A stretch of 63,162 nucleotides of DNA, the filler included, from Phoronis australis (Eukaryota > Animalia > Phoronida): assembly GCA_002633005.1 (NCBI GenBank). It is 7 parts of 7 records of this genome, joined end to end, with 100 filler letters (N's around TTAATTAATTAA, not from the genome) between each part and the next. Parts side by side here need not be neighbours in the genome. Positions count along the whole stretch, not along the records: positions 60,890 to 63,162 come from NMRA01003759.1; 6 more parts are not named here. One strand, 5' to 3'. A program made the translations under genes and the position numbers. Below are positions 62,034 through 63,162 of the stretch, in pieces; the first letter of the stretch is position 1; each line of letters starts with the position of its first letter. Below the pieces are notes generated by a model. The model ran no database searches. It saw only the letters and a list, made by a program, of their open reading frames with translations, and was not told where the DNA came from.

Positions 62034-62287
62034 TTAATTACTTCATGCAGCAGCTGTCCCAGTACACTAGTCCAAAATCGTACCAAAACAGTGTAAAGAT
62101 TCCACTTCATTTAAAAAACAGGAACCACCTTGATAAACAATTGTCATTAGGGAGTGGAAGAAGTCTTCTTCCATCACCGAGTCATCACTGCTCCACCGTA
62201 TCCAACTTTCACTGAACAAAATGTTCCAACTTAAAGATAAATTCCTTTGCTTCAATTTCTATAGTCTTTGATGTTGGTGATTCTCCG

Positions 62288-62382
62288 TCACCTTGTCTTT
62301 GCCTTCTTGATGTGAGGCTCTACGCTGACTTTGTCATCATTGCCATCGTCATCATCTTCATCATCATCACCACCATCCTCAT
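62288..62382 (-). CDS. Probable terminal exon of an unidentified nuclear protein (acidic tail and basic NLS-like end)
   Basis: Minus-strand TGTTTTAG acceptor, then (D)EDGGDDDEDDDDGNDDKVSVEPHIKKAKTR*. Absent from the ORF track. Confidence 0.5.
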
Positions 62383-63162
62383 CTAAAACATAAGTGTAAC
62401 AGTTGAGAATGCACACTAGAATTTATATAACGAGAAACTGCATCAAAATTTTCAATCTTAAATTCTCAACGCACCTGGGTCCAGTATCTAATCCTTGTGT
62501 TTGAAATTGAACTCGAAATAACTTTTGGCATTTTCCAGTTTATTTTTGTGCGATCTCAAGATAAGTGTCTATAAGTTTGTGATCAAGTACATTATAGTTC
62601 ATGCATATTAGTTTATAGTCCGAGATTCAAGCTAATAACTCTAGCAAAATGTTGAAATTTTGAGTTCAGACTCGAACTTTTAGCCTAAATCGTGGGGACA
62701 TTACTTGTGAACAAGGATTAGATATTCATGTAAGCCATTATGTACTAGAACATAGAATAACAGACACTTATCTCAAGTTGGCAGAAAAGTAGAATTATGC
62801 CAAATATAATTTCGAGTGAGATTTCGAGTAAAAGATTAGAACCAGAGTAATATAGAAAACTATGAAATCCCTTTCCACCACAGGAATATTCGTACTTCCA
62901 AACTACTGTTGCCATATTCTTTTGTCACAATAGAAATAGTTGACAATATAGAACACCTGAAACAAACACTACATGTTTGAATTGTCAGGTGTTCCAGAAG
63001 CCAGACATTGTATGTAATGTGTGTCATGTGAATGAGGAACACAATGAAATGAATTTTATAGTCGTGATCCAATTCAAAAGATGTCATAGATACTTTAACC
63101 CTGAAAATCGTTAGAACCTGGTTGATTGGGAATTTCAAATAACCAAGAGTATGAGATTTATA

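Noticed and set aside
62860-62960. Possible minus-strand exon after TTTCAG (VFYIVNYFYCDKRIWQQ* or CSILSTIS...)
   Set aside because: No frame joins convincingly to the acidic exon at 62382 and no homology was recognised.

Overview
Repeat-rich animal (invertebrate, probably spiralian) genomic DNA. It is not one continuous locus: six artificial 100-bp spacers (44 N + TTAATTAATTAA + 44 N) join seven contigs (1-10551, 10652-33587, 33688-41459, 41560-47902, 48003-57988, 58089-60789, 60890-63162). Most ORFs in the supplied track are spurious. The real genes are spliced and partial: a fibrinogen-related-domain exon; the 5' half of an aminopeptidase N-like (M1) gene; CCDC134 (5 exons); ZCRB1 (2 coding exons); POLA2 (2 exons); and an unidentified acidic terminal exon. 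One intact intronless, divergent FoxQ2-like forkhead gene lies apparently inside a ZCRB1 intron. Mobile DNA includes ISL2EU-, Academ-, Kolobok-, Harbinger-, hAT- and Helentron-type elements and CR1/L2, Tx1 and Penelope fragments. Highlights: (1) the FoxQ2-like gene has an altered recognition helix (NCVRCTLS) and dense flanking TGACA (TALE-type) and TAATCC site clusters; (2) the aminopeptidase has tandem mutually-exclusive-type exons that swap S1-pocket residues, one now dead; (3) there is a candidate 6-nt microexon in CCDC134; (4) a repeat has an internal segment flipped between inverted repeats; (5) there is a hammerhead-like motif after a Penelope endonuclease. All identifications come from manual reading and remembered family motifs; no searches were run.
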